Shown here in pieces: positions 19,355-29,551 of a DNA stretch of 64,000 nucleotides (position 1 is its first letter; each line of letters begins with the position of its first letter). The position numbers and the translations under genes were made by a program. Origin of the DNA: a virus; IMG/VR virus record IMGVR_UViG_3300026521_000466, positions 32,001 to 96,000 of that record; one strand, 5' to 3'. The notes under the pieces are model-generated. The model saw only the letters and a list, made by a program, of their open reading frames with translations, was not told the DNA's origin and did no database searches.

Positions 19355-21424
19355 TTCAAATAGTCTGGTAATAGATTTGTTGCTGTTATTAAATTTTATA
19401 AAATCACCTACTATAGTATCGCCCATGAATGCTGCGTATTTAGCAGGATTTGTGCTATCAATAATGTTCTTTTTAGCTATGGCCAATTTATATTTAATGC
19501 TCTTACTTACATACCTTGTATTCGTATAAGATCTGCCACCAATCCCTCTGATGTATTTTGATAATACATCATACTCATTTGTATAGCCACCAAATATACC
19601 AAGTAAGCCGTCATTTACAGAGGCTGTTGCTATATCTGAGAAATCAGTTATGCCAAACTTTAAATCTATATATAAAGGTGCGCCATACACATTCTTTTCA
19701 GAACTTGATGTTAATGAGACGGAAGTGATCATTCCGAAGTCTATATTCAGTACGCCGCGTATAAAAGCTTTACATAAATATGGCGAAGTATATGCTGTAT
19801 CACCTATGCTTAATGGTAAAGACCCGCCTAGTATAAGTGAGAGTATTACATCAATATCCATGGTGTTACTTATTGGGTTGGAATATGGCCCGCCTAACCT
19901 CATACTAAAACTATGGCTTGGTAAGGATACGCTACTATCACTCCACATTTTTGGAAATGATAGGTAGCCGCCACTAACTAATCCCGCAATAACATTAGTT
20001 AGTCCAAAAGTAGTTTTACTTAATGTTCCTGCTACTACGTCTCTTCCTGCTTTTATAAAGCTATCCACAGTATCACCTAGAAATTTACCATCTCCAAAAT
20101 TAAATCTAATATCTCTACTAGCAGATCCTATAGAGTTTATCATAGATTTGGCAGGTATATCTTTCACCTCGTTTGAGAATGATATGGTAGACCCTCCATC
20201 ATAAGTTACATAGAGAGCAATATATTCCATGCCGTAATTCTCTACTCCTTGTTTATATTTATGAAAGTTCTCTGTCCAAATATCAAAGTCACCAATAAGT
20301 CTTTTAAATAGTCCCGTCTCTTTATCTTTCTCTTTGTACTCATTTGGGTCTATGTTTGCTGTAGTAGCCTCTGGCCGTGATTTGTTCTGCGGGTTGGTGT
20401 GGCCCTCATTATCTTTATCAGAAGAGACCAGTTCTTTAGCAGACTGCATTATGTTGGCTACAGCATCTTTAAACTCTGCCAATACAGGTACGTTGATATA
20501 GAGTTTATCTACAATACCTTCTTCTAATGCAAGTCTATTCTTTTGTATGAGTTCATTGACCATCAACTGTGGTCGCGCAATAATATTGTAAATATTAAAT
20601 CCATATTTAGGATGCATAATATCTGGATATTCGGACTGTAGTTCTTTTAATAGTGATGCATCTACTTCTACAGGAACACCATATCTATCAGATTTACCAC
20701 TGCCTGTCTCCAACACCTTAAATTTTATTAAACCCCTTTCAGTTTGTAGTTGTGTTAATATATTGTTAGCTGTCTGTAGATAGTTGTGCATGTCTGGTTT
20801 AAAGCTGTAATATCTAAAGTCATCTCCGCCCACTAAGGTTTTAGTTACGGAATATATTTCATAAGCCGCTGTTATCCCTGGCATAATTGCCCATCTGGCC
20901 GCTTCCCCAGCTCCCTGGCCTAATGTATAAAAGAATGTAGTCCTACCCTCGTTAGCAATTATGGCCTTGCCATAATCTACAGCATTTGCAAAATTAGAGA
21001 ATATATTTCTATGCTTCGGTTTTCCAAATTCAAGATATAGTATGTTTGGCTGGCTTCGTAATTGTACCTCATCCCCCCACATAGTTCCCATACCCATATT
21101 CTTAGCATAAATATTATCTTCAAAATCCTCCCTGCCTTGTAACACGCCTTTTCTTGGCGGATCTGCCAATGGTGTATTTGCATAAGGAACACCCAAGGCG
21201 ATGTGACCACCTAATGAGGTATTCATAAATTCATTATTAGCAGTGCATCGGAATTGTGCACCATTATATTCATCTGGTATTTTCACAGAGGTTGTGATTA
21301 AATAATTGTTTGTAAAATAGACGTCATCTAGTATCACTACATCCTTTTTCGGTGCGACATATTCTGTTAATGGGTCGTATTCGATTTGAGGTAATTTATA
21401 TTCTATTGGTTGTTGTGCGGACAT
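19352..21424 (-). CDS. Virion structural/tail protein (phiKZ gp164-like)
   Basis: TSLGG, ADPP, GMG, FKPDMHNY, FPKMWSDSS, YTSPYLC motifs. Confidence 0.7.
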   Translation of the reverse strand: MSAQQPIEYKLPQIEYDPLTEYVAPKKDVVILDDVYFTNNYLITTSVKIPDEYNGAQFRCTANNEFMNTSLGGHIALGVPYANTPLADPPRKGVLQGREDFEDNIYAKNMGMGTMWGDEVQLRSQPNILYLEFGKPKHRNIFSNFANAVDYGKAIIANEGRTTFFYTLGQGAGEAARWAIMPGITAAYEIYSVTKTLVGGDDFRYYSFKPDMHNYLQTANNILTQLQTERGLIKFKVLETGSGKSDRYGVPVEVDASLLKELQSEYPDIMHPKYGFNIYNIIARPQLMVNELIQKNRLALEEGIVDKLYINVPVLAEFKDAVANIMQSAKELVSSDKDNEGHTNPQNKSRPEATTANIDPNEYKEKDKETGLFKRLIGDFDIWTENFHKYKQGVENYGMEYIALYVTYDGGSTISFSNEVKDIPAKSMINSIGSASRDIRFNFGDGKFLGDTVDSFIKAGRDVVAGTLSKTTFGLTNVIAGLVSGGYLSFPKMWSDSSVSLPSHSFSMRLGGPYSNPISNTMDIDVILSLILGGSLPLSIGDTAYTSPYLCKAFIRGVLNIDFGMITSVSLTSSSEKNVYGAPLYIDLKFGITDFSDIATASVNDGLLGIFGGYTNEYDVLSKYIRGIGGRSYTNTRYVSKSIKYKLAIAKKNIIDSTNPAKYAAFMGDTIVGDFIKFNNSNKSITRLFE

Positions 21425-21487
21425 AAAACTCTCCTTTTCCTTATAATCAAGTAAAAAACTGAAAAAGAAAAGGGTGACAGTATGGCA

Positions 21488-21613
21488 TTACCACCATACT
21501 GTTGTATTTGTTTTTGATAATATTTTTTTGTCTCTGTAGATAATACGTAATTTTTTACCTTGTATCTCTATATTCAGTACCCTTAAGTTACTCTTCTTCT
21601 GACTTTTGCTCAT
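21488..21613 (-). CDS. Possible 41-aa basic peptide
   Basis: MSKSQKKSNLRVLNIEIQGKKLRIIYRDKKILSKTNTTVWW*; AAGGA RBS; stop lies in the loop of the 21477-21502 hairpin. Confidence 0.35.
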   Translation of the reverse strand: MSKSQKKSNLRVLNIEIQGKKLRIIYRDKKILSKTNTTVWW

Positions 21614-22163
21614 CACGTTCCTTTTTGCGCTTTTTATCAATGACAATAATTTGGTGTGTGTGTATATTTGAAACTAATTGTTTCATTGCATCAATGTATG
21701 CATTTGCTGTTAAGTAATACATCTGTTTATCAACATTAGTTCCATTGATATAGAAATTGAAGAATTTGGCATCCAGTAATACAGGAAAATCAAGATTATA
21801 CTCACCATGCGCGATGTTAAGTATCAGTGCACCAGACACAGCATCTACCCGTGTTGTTATTTTACCGACAGAGACAATATCGTCAGATTTGACGTTGTTC
21901 TCATAGTTATAGTTCTTGCTGTCAATTGTGATGGGTTCGCCACCATCTAACACGTTCTTCATTGCTGTGAACAGTGTCATAATACCAAGTAATGTGAATG
22001 TTACTTTTACATCAGGGTATTTTTTATTGCTCTCCCTTACTGTAAATCTTGGATATCCATCCATAAATTCTACTCCCAGGAAATACTCTTTGCCGTCCTT
22101 AATTGTTCTCAGGTTCATATGATAGAGTGAGAAGTACATTTTTTTTATATCGTTCATTGTCAA
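21588..22163 (-). CDS. chmC: ChmC-like (Whirly-fold) RNA-binding phage-nucleus protein (phiKZ gp67-like)
   Basis: GYPRFTV, VGKI..RVD..G..I, F.F..NG......ANAY pattern; lies downstream of the SbcD and gp66-like genes as in phiKZ. Confidence 0.55.
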   Translation of the reverse strand: MTMNDIKKMYFSLYHMNLRTIKDGKEYFLGVEFMDGYPRFTVRESNKKYPDVKVTFTLLGIMTLFTAMKNVLDGGEPITIDSKNYNYENNVKSDDIVSVGKITTRVDAVSGALILNIAHGEYNLDFPVLLDAKFFNFYINGTNVDKQMYYLTANAYIDAMKQLVSNIHTHQIIVIDKKRKKERDEQKSEEE

Positions 22164-22381
22164 CTCCTTATTTTATTATGTATCCAATATGGACAGTTTG
22201 CTCCGTCGTTATATACATGACTCGGTATGTTATGCCAGCATTTCTTTTTCATTGCTGAACTATCATATATACGAGCAGCACAGTTTAAACAAGATTTTCT
22301 CTCATCACCTTTTTCTTTTAGCAGTATGACAACTATAAGCACTACTGCAATTATGATAACTACCGCTATTATCTTTTCCAT
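22160..22381 (-). CDS. Small membrane-anchored Cys-rich protein
   Basis: N-terminal TM helix followed by CxxC...C...C. Confidence 0.65.
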   Translation of the reverse strand: MEKIIAVVIIIAVVLIVVILLKEKGDERKSCLNCAARIYDSSAMKKKCWHNIPSHVYNDGANCPYWIHNKIRS

Positions 22382-22390
22382 ATATACCTC

Positions 22391-23212
22391 CTAGTATGGA
22401 TTGTTAAATGTTTTAATAAAGTCAGACGCATATTTACTACGCATAAGTATAGTTCTTACTCTACTGTATGTTGTAGTTTGCGTCACTGCGTTTTTAGCCA
22501 ATGTTTCAATGGCGTCTTTCCTAGCATTTCTATCTATTAGTTTAAGTAATCCCGTATCATCCGCCAGAAGATATAGTAACAGACTATTAAAGGGTAAGAA
22601 TGACGTATCCATTGATGTCTTTCTATACTTCTTATTATACATATGTTTAGGAAGTATCTCTCCTGTATGACTTTGAAGTATATCCACTTTGCTTTTGTTA
22701 ATAAGTAGATCAAACGGCATATGTGTAAGTAGTAACATATTACCATATTTCGGATTATGGTTGTCTTCATAATCATATTTGATTCTGTCTATAGATGTCA
22801 ACGCAATATACATTGTATCCGTTTTTTGTGTCAGCTTGTCGTTAAATACAAACGGTTTCAGTTTTTTATAATTTGGGGCCAATACTACTAGTTCAATATC
22901 TTCATTTGCACATAGGTGTGCAATAGTCTCTATCTCCATATTAGCAACGGCGATCAAATCATCTTTAATATTGCCAGACCCTTTGAATACTTTATGCTTT
23001 GTGTCTTTATCTAAGGACTCTATGACGTTCCTGATAATGGTATACCAGTTTACTGCGAATACATCATATTTTTCCAGAGCTATTCTTTTTGGTTTATGAT
23101 CCGTATCATAGACCTCATGTGTAGCATTGAACACTGCCTCTAACGCCATTCCTGTTCCTATAGACAGATCAAAACCACTCTTAGTTCTGTCTTGCATTTT
23201 TCGTAGGCTCAT
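22391..23212 (-). CDS. phiKZ gp66-like protein, 5'-3' exonuclease/PIN-like fold
   Basis: SIGT.MALE, N.YTIIRN, LLTH.P.DLL, L.SHTG, LPFN motifs. Confidence 0.6.
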   Translation of the reverse strand: MSLRKMQDRTKSGFDLSIGTGMALEAVFNATHEVYDTDHKPKRIALEKYDVFAVNWYTIIRNVIESLDKDTKHKVFKGSGNIKDDLIAVANMEIETIAHLCANEDIELVVLAPNYKKLKPFVFNDKLTQKTDTMYIALTSIDRIKYDYEDNHNPKYGNMLLLTHMPFDLLINKSKVDILQSHTGEILPKHMYNKKYRKTSMDTSFLPFNSLLLYLLADDTGLLKLIDRNARKDAIETLAKNAVTQTTTYSRVRTILMRSKYASDFIKTFNNPY

Positions 23213-23239
23213 TACTCCTCCTTATTTTGATTTCTATAT

Positions 23240-23248
23240 AATAATATA
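23240..23248 (-). promoter_or_regulatory. Early-type promoter motif TATATTATT
   Basis: Upstream of the gp66-like/chmC-like operon. Confidence 0.6.
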
Positions 23249-23251
23249 CCA

Positions 23252-24328
23252 TTATAAAATATCTAATAGCAACTTATCATGCCTCTCTGTCAACGGAAGT
23301 CTTTTCTCTATATTCTCCCGTATGTTGTTTTTATCTATTTGATATGGTATGTATGTAACGACTATTTCTGTATCAATTACCTCAGAGTCTTTTCTCTCTA
23401 TCTTTAGATTGACGTCGTTCTCTTTTATCATGTTTGCTATCGGTGTGTAGTCTATATTGCTTCTAATTATTAGACGCACATGTTTAGGCTTATGTTCATT
23501 AATATATTTTTCAATCTGTGTTGTCCAGTAATGCACATCCTCATCATTAATATCAAATGTTTTAAATAACATAGCGTGTTTATTTTCTATAAAGTTAAAA
23601 GATTTATTTCCAGTCCCTGATAGATTAAATAGAACAAATCCTTTACTCTCTTCTTCATTAAATGCCATCCTATCAAAACTGCCAGGGGCTATGATGTTGT
23701 TCATGACACTAAACTTATGAATATGGTTTATTATTATATAGTATTTAACATAACTAAATTGAGAGACATCAAAACTATGCTCTAGTTTTATGGGTAGTTG
23801 ATAATCAAACATACCGTGAATGAATAGTAGATCCAGTGTATCAATTCCATACTTATCCATCTTCTCTCTCAATATCCGTTCTATCTCAATAGGAGAATAT
23901 CCAGTATCATCAGGTATAAATCCAATATGTAATCCTAACTCTTTATTATATACTATATCAATCTTTTCTATATATTTAAACAACTTCGAGTCATTATAGA
24001 GAGTTAATGTTTTTATTTGGTTATAGTCATGTGTAAATGTACCTTTTAAATAATATAGATACACATTGTGTTTTATAGCTAAATCATTTAGATACTTATC
24101 AAATTCAGCTATCATTAACGCATCTTCACTGCCTAATAATATATCTCTGTCATATAGATCGCCGTTAACTACAAAGATATCTATATTTCTAAATAGGTCA
24201 GGAGTGACATATCTATATAGATTAGCTATTATATATTTCGTTTCGTTTCTAGTATTGCCAAGATGGATATCTCCTATGGTGGCTCCTCTTACTTTAAACA
24301 TATCGACCCCCGTATTAAATTCAGACAA
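23252..24328 (-). CDS. sbcD: SbcD/Mre11-like metallophosphoesterase nuclease
   Basis: GDIHLG, NGDLYD, GTFTHD, HG, HIH, PGSFDR motifs. Confidence 0.9.
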   Translation of the reverse strand: MSEFNTGVDMFKVRGATIGDIHLGNTRNETKYIIANLYRYVTPDLFRNIDIFVVNGDLYDRDILLGSEDALMIAEFDKYLNDLAIKHNVYLYYLKGTFTHDYNQIKTLTLYNDSKLFKYIEKIDIVYNKELGLHIGFIPDDTGYSPIEIERILREKMDKYGIDTLDLLFIHGMFDYQLPIKLEHSFDVSQFSYVKYYIIINHIHKFSVMNNIIAPGSFDRMAFNEEESKGFVLFNLSGTGNKSFNFIENKHAMLFKTFDINDEDVHYWTTQIEKYINEHKPKHVRLIIRSNIDYTPIANMIKENDVNLKIERKDSEVIDTEIVVTYIPYQIDKNNIRENIEKRLPLTERHDKLLLDIL

Positions 24329-24375
24329 AAAGCTCCTTTAAACTTTTTTATTGATATAAAACGAAAGGGGCTACA

Positions 24376-24765
24376 ATGGTTACGCTCAACATACATAGTG
24401 AATTAACGGATTCATTAGCTGTAAAAAAACTCATGGATTATTTCTTAATATCTGATTTTTCCCAAACCTATTTCTATACAGGGCATGTATCATCTTTAAA
24501 ATATTTACTACAAGAGAAAGAAGAAAATAAGGTACGTACTGTAATAGATAGGATAGAGGAGAGTTTACATGCGTTATATAGTACATACTATCCATCAGTG
24601 AAGGTTTCTGTATCTCCTATATATGAAAAAGATAGTAATGTATATAATATTGCAGTAAATGTTATTGTAAAAAATAAAGAGGGAAATACTTTTGAATTAT
24701 CCGATAGGGTAGCTATTGATAATCCGTATAACAACAAATATATAGCAGAGCTAAAGAAAAGATAA
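24376..24765 (+). CDS. Conserved phiKZ-like protein (possibly gp25-like baseplate wedge)
   Basis: DYFL.SDFSQT.FY.G.VSSL.YL pattern. Confidence 0.55.
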   Translation: MVTLNIHSELTDSLAVKKLMDYFLISDFSQTYFYTGHVSSLKYLLQEKEENKVRTVIDRIEESLHALYSTYYPSVKVSVSPIYEKDSNVYNIAVNVIVKNKEGNTFELSDRVAIDNPYNNKYIAELKKR

Positions 24766-24819
24766 AAAATAGTTTAACATTATATAGTGAATATATAACA
24801 ATTTAGAAAAGGATATACA

Positions 24820-25323
24820 ATGAGTAATTTTTTGGAAAAGATGGCAGATGACTTAGATAGTCTTGATTATGGAGGTACAGTTAAACTGAATGAAGATGCA
24901 TTTAAGAGACTTTACCTTCCATATATGATAGGTGAAAAACATAATGAGAATCTTGTAGCGAAATGGATAGAGTTGTCAGGCTCGCCGTTAAAAGAGGTAC
25001 AGCTTGTAAATGAGCAGGGTGAGGTAGTAAATACACTTCCGCCACTAATACAGCCAAATATTGACGCTAATGAAAATGGCGAACTGGATAACATGGCAAA
25101 CAGTTTGACAGAAGGAAAACTTCAAGAAGATATGTATGGTGCAAGCCCTATTATATCTAGTAAAATGACCGCCATTGCAAATTGTTTCGATAAACAATCT
25201 ATGTCTGATGAGTGGGTGTCAGCGTTGAAGCCGTATATCTCAGAGACGAAAGATGGTGAAGAAGAGGTGGGTGTGCATTCATCTAACCTAGACAACGAAG
25301 ATGAAATCGAATTAGAGTTTTAG
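24820..25323 (+). CDS. Conserved phiKZ-like hypothetical protein
   Basis: E..F...YLP, WI..SG.P..EV......GE....LPPL. Confidence 0.65.
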   Translation: MSNFLEKMADDLDSLDYGGTVKLNEDAFKRLYLPYMIGEKHNENLVAKWIELSGSPLKEVQLVNEQGEVVNTLPPLIQPNIDANENGELDNMANSLTEGKLQEDMYGASPIISSKMTAIANCFDKQSMSDEWVSALKPYISETKDGEEEVGVHSSNLDNEDEIELEF

Positions 25324-25348
25324 TAGAGTGGGTCTATGCCCACTCTAC
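25323..25348. terminator. Inverted repeat at convergent junction
   Basis: gtagagtggg/cccactctac. Confidence 0.6.
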
Positions 25349-25647
25349 AATATTTTAGCGCTATGTGTTATTCCACCTAACTCTTTAGAATCTTTTATAT
25401 AGATTTCCATGTTATATTTGCCCTTAACAGTAATTAGGATGCCCGCGCGTACATCATGCTGATTAATAAACTTATCTACTATAAATGCTTCAATAGCCAT
25501 ATACTCCCATGTCAAGTTTTTCACTGGCGCATACTGCTTTCTGTTTTTTGTAATCATTGCAGTAAAAGCCATAAATGATTTTACATACTCTATATCCTCA
25601 TCCATTATAGTGTATTCATATTTGTTGTTCTCAATATGATTAAACAT
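25345..25647 (-). CDS. Hypothetical protein
   Basis: 100 aa, AAGGAG RBS, overlaps the upstream stop. Confidence 0.7.
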   Translation of the reverse strand: MFNHIENNKYEYTIMDEDIEYVKSFMAFTAMITKNRKQYAPVKNLTWEYMAIEAFIVDKFINQHDVRAGILITVKGKYNMEIYIKDSKELGGITHSAKIL

Positions 25648-26950
25648 TTAACTCTCCTTTTTTGTTAAAGAATACTGATAGTTTTGAATTTTCTGTATTT
25701 GTCGCACTATCAATTACGGTATCTGTTCTTTGTAGCAGGCCCTCATGTCTGAATATAGCATTGTCGCTTTCATAAACATATACAACAGGCATCATTGGAT
25801 AGAGTAATTTAAAGTCGCTGTGGTGCCAATCGAATTGCACTACCATTCCATCATTTGCTAATACTTCTGTTCTATCTTGATAAAGGTTATTTGTTTTTCC
25901 TTTATTTTTATAATCAACTACTCCTGATTTTATCTCTTTATGTTGACTCTTTTCTATTAGATAGTCTCTTTTGACCTCTAGTTTATCTTTTGAAACACGG
26001 AATGGTCTACTCAATAGTGCGTCTGTGTTTAAAGATATTGTGCCGACACCCTCGCTTTTGAGTTTACTGTCATCGTCGAAGAATTTCTCTGTTTTCATAA
26101 CCACGATCTTCAACATATCATTACTCATTGCATATGTAGCCTTCACTCCAATGAGTGTAGTGGAGTCTACTCCGATTATATACAGTATCTTTTTATTAAA
26201 AGTTATAAGGTTAGGTCGGTATTTTGGAAAAATATACATATTGTTTTTAGAGTCAAAACTTTGTAGGTAAATATTAACATCTCCATTATATATACCAAAA
26301 CTTCCTTCCTGTAATGTTTTTGGGACATCTAGGAGAGGCGTATTGTTTGGTATATCAATATGCTTATATTTCCGTGTATTGTCAGGCGATATAATAACCA
26401 GATGACCTGGCATCTCACCAACTTCATAAGATGCTGATCGTAAATATTTTGCCATAGTGAGTATCAATGCATTTTCTACAGTTGTCTCTCTGAATATATT
26501 CTGTGTCTTCTCTTTTTTCAAAGATAGGAATAATTTACTTGTACATTCTGCTTTTATTGTAGCTAAATGATTATTCAAGTCATCCTGCTTCATATTCATA
26601 TATTTATTGGAGCGAATATCTTTATCATAATCCCCTAACACAACATGGTATTGTCGCGTAGTTAAATCACCTAACGAATAGTATGAGATAGATATAGAAA
26701 TATCGTCTCTCTCCGGATAAATATGGAATACAAAATCTCCGAGAGGTATTTGAAAAGTGATCTCTACAAAGTCACTTCTATAATTCAAATAGTCTCTTTT
26801 TACATATAGTGATGAAATCATGTTGAGATAATAGTTATCCTTCCCAACATGCAAGATCGCTTTGACATATGACTCTCTTTCTACTTCAGGATCTACCGTA
26901 ATGACACTCAAAACTTCACTTGTTATTTTATCCTCTGATGACAGAACCAT
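25640..26950 (-). CDS. Baseplate hub-like virion protein (phiKZ gp101-like)
   Basis: RDY....D, LQ....GIY, W.......LYP.MPV pattern. Confidence 0.6.
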   Translation of the reverse strand: MVLSSEDKITSEVLSVITVDPEVERESYVKAILHVGKDNYYLNMISSLYVKRDYLNYRSDFVEITFQIPLGDFVFHIYPERDDISISISYYSLGDLTTRQYHVVLGDYDKDIRSNKYMNMKQDDLNNHLATIKAECTSKLFLSLKKEKTQNIFRETTVENALILTMAKYLRSASYEVGEMPGHLVIISPDNTRKYKHIDIPNNTPLLDVPKTLQEGSFGIYNGDVNIYLQSFDSKNNMYIFPKYRPNLITFNKKILYIIGVDSTTLIGVKATYAMSNDMLKIVVMKTEKFFDDDSKLKSEGVGTISLNTDALLSRPFRVSKDKLEVKRDYLIEKSQHKEIKSGVVDYKNKGKTNNLYQDRTEVLANDGMVVQFDWHHSDFKLLYPMMPVVYVYESDNAIFRHEGLLQRTDTVIDSATNTENSKLSVFFNKKGELNV

Positions 26951-27797
26951 AATTAACTACTTTCAGTATCTTACTCACATGATCAATATGTGTTTCAGCT
27001 ACCTGTACGTATGAACCAACATCCAGCAACTTATCTATTGTACGCAGATGAATCTCTTTAAATTCAATATCCTCCATAACACTTGCAATAGTCTCCAAAG
27101 AATCCATCGCTTTCTCATAGTCAAACGCAATCAATAGTTTGAGTTGTGTGAGTATTTCGATATATATAGATTGTTTTGTATAATCACTTGAATTGTCAAT
27201 GTCATCTTCACAATGCACTTTATCACTTAGAAAGTTGATCGTTTTCCACTCTTCATCTTTTGCCAGTTGAGGATATTGTATGTTATACATGATTTGTCTC
27301 ATATACAGGTTATGATTGAATATAGCTCTATTGTTGATATTCAACATTTTAAGTATCTTTAAAAAAGAGTCTTTTTCAAACCCTGCTTCAGCGATAGCTT
27401 TATCCACCATATTCATAAACGTCGCATGCTCTGTAAAGTCTCCCTCATTAGCTCTTCTTAAGAGTTCATTTATATCATCTTCAGTTCTTTTAGAGAAATC
27501 ATTTTTTGTATCGCTGAAATATTTTAGTAACATCTTTGATTTACTCTTCAGCTCTTCAGTCATCTTCTCTTTCTGTTCTTCTAGTTGTTCTCTAAACTGT
27601 CGAATCGTGTACTCTTCCAGTTTTCTGTTTACACTACAAGAATCAACCAGTCCTTTCATATCTGTTATAAAATCAGACTGATAACTGTGTTTCATTTCGT
27701 CCAGTATATTTGAGAGTTGACCACAATCCTCAATATTTGTGTATTTTGCTTTTGTTATAACTGCAATAGCGAGCAGTGTTGTATTTATATGTATCAT
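26928..27797 (-). CDS. Hypothetical helical protein
   Basis: 289-aa ORF, GGAG RBS. Confidence 0.75.
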   Translation of the reverse strand: MIHINTTLLAIAVITKAKYTNIEDCGQLSNILDEMKHSYQSDFITDMKGLVDSCSVNRKLEEYTIRQFREQLEEQKEKMTEELKSKSKMLLKYFSDTKNDFSKRTEDDINELLRRANEGDFTEHATFMNMVDKAIAEAGFEKDSFLKILKMLNINNRAIFNHNLYMRQIMYNIQYPQLAKDEEWKTINFLSDKVHCEDDIDNSSDYTKQSIYIEILTQLKLLIAFDYEKAMDSLETIASVMEDIEFKEIHLRTIDKLLDVGSYVQVAETHIDHVSKILKVVNYGSVIRG

Positions 27798-27888
27798 AGT
27801 TTAATCTCCATAAAAAGTTATGTGGGTTTCCCCGTATTGTTAGTACATAGTACACCTGAAACACCAATGCTATAGTCGCAATGATTGA

Positions 27889-28401
27889 TTACCAACTTAC
27901 TTTGGTTGCTCTCTTTGTTATATTAATAGGTTTATTGGACTTAGTATCCGGAATTACCATATTTATATCTTTGCTCATCTTCTTAAATTGGAACATAATA
28001 TTTGGAAGACTATTTTTATTCAACTCAAACACTTCTTCTGCAAATGCAAACATTAACTCCTTTTCTTCCACGGAGCGTGTTGATGTATTGACCTCATACT
28101 CAGATGCGCCAACGGCATATTCCTTATACTTTTTCAGTAGTCGATAAATTGTATCAAAGTCCTCTTTCTTATATAATGATATCCCAAACCCGTCCATGGC
28201 ATGCTTGGCAATATTGTATAGGGTCATGCCATAAACTTCCAGATCCATTGAAGTATCTACTTCAGCGCCATCGATTACCGAAGTACATACAGGAAACTCT
28301 TTTCTTTCATATTCACTATATTTCAATATAGCAGGTGCATTAACGATAAACATTTTATTATGTATTTCATCCATCACCCTGTCATAATTACGATCAAACA
28401 T
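27889..28401 (-). CDS. Hypothetical protein (phiKZ gp100-like position)
   Basis: 170 aa, coupled within the structural operon. Confidence 0.7.
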   Translation of the reverse strand: MFDRNYDRVMDEIHNKMFIVNAPAILKYSEYERKEFPVCTSVIDGAEVDTSMDLEVYGMTLYNIAKHAMDGFGISLYKKEDFDTIYRLLKKYKEYAVGASEYEVNTSTRSVEEKELMFAFAEEVFELNKNSLPNIMFQFKKMSKDINMVIPDTKSNKPINITKRATKVSW

Positions 28402-29551
28402 TTGTCCAGTACTCCCTTAATAGAATCATTATGATTGGTCCATAATGGTATTTATCCATATCATCCATTGTGTAATAATCTTCAACTAGAGAGAAAAGAA
28501 GATCTCCATCCAATGCATTATATTCAATATAATCCATTACCAATTTCTCAATCCCATCGACCGCATCCCCGTTGTAGAATGCTTCGCTAAACAGATATTT
28601 TTCCGTATCAATGTATGAAGATGTATATTCCCCATCTGCTCGTATGATTTTATTCGGCATTCTATCAATTACAGTCATGAGCCTTACTGCATATGGATTT
28701 GAATTGTATGGATTATTATCTATATACCCAACACTCTCCATAGAGTTGAATAGGTGTATATCCCTCTCTTCTATTAAAGAAATTGGTGTTATATAGTTAA
28801 CCTCTTTATTTCTATATAGATGAAAATACTCCCCTGCTATAGAACCAAAAAGATTATTGATCTCATAGTTGAAATAAATATTGTCTTCAAAAGTCACCCA
28901 TAGGTAGTTTTCTTCAGATTTAAATCTTCTTATAAAATCTCTTTTTATATTATGAAATGTCTTTTTGGCATCGAATATTGAAGCCTGTTCTTCTGTAGTG
29001 ATGATTGGTTTTTCACCAAGAGTATCTACGTTATTATAGACAAACTCTTTTACCACTCTATTTTCTAATACTTCAAATTTTACAGGGTCCAGCACTTGAT
29101 ATGTATCAAGATGGTAAACTATCTCATATATAGTATTACTTACGTATGTTCTTTTTGTATGTTCTGTTATTACGAACATCGCACGTTTGCCTTCTGCAAT
29201 ATCTACAATGAAAACATCTCCGATATTTGGTATAACATGAAGTAAGTTTGCTGCACCATTTATATTGTCTGGAGAATCCATATTAATAGGTGTGGTTACC
29301 TTTATCTCTAAATCACTGTATTTGTAATACTGCTGCTCGCCATCAGGTAGTGATGGATCGAGGTTATGGGCTTGGTCATTACTGGTCAATACTTGACGAT
29401 AATAATCCACGGTCCAGTTTTTTCCTTCGATGTACTGTACACCGTTTACATTTATCTCTTGTTCCTCTGTCACAACCTGTCTTTCCAAATCTTCTTCAGG
29501 TTGGTGATCAGGAATTTCGAGATTAGAGCCTATGTCTGTTGCTAACATCAT
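28394..29551 (-). CDS. Virion structural/neck protein (phiKZ gp99-like)
   Basis: YIEGKNWTVDYYRQ, PNIGDVFIVDI, YLFSEAFY, YHYGPI. Confidence 0.7.
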   Translation of the reverse strand: MMLATDIGSNLEIPDHQPEEDLERQVVTEEQEINVNGVQYIEGKNWTVDYYRQVLTSNDQAHNLDPSLPDGEQQYYKYSDLEIKVTTPINMDSPDNINGAANLLHVIPNIGDVFIVDIAEGKRAMFVITEHTKRTYVSNTIYEIVYHLDTYQVLDPVKFEVLENRVVKEFVYNNVDTLGEKPIITTEEQASIFDAKKTFHNIKRDFIRRFKSEENYLWVTFEDNIYFNYEINNLFGSIAGEYFHLYRNKEVNYITPISLIEERDIHLFNSMESVGYIDNNPYNSNPYAVRLMTVIDRMPNKIIRADGEYTSSYIDTEKYLFSEAFYNGDAVDGIEKLVMDYIEYNALDGDLLFSLVEDYYTMDDMDKYHYGPIIMILLREYWTNV

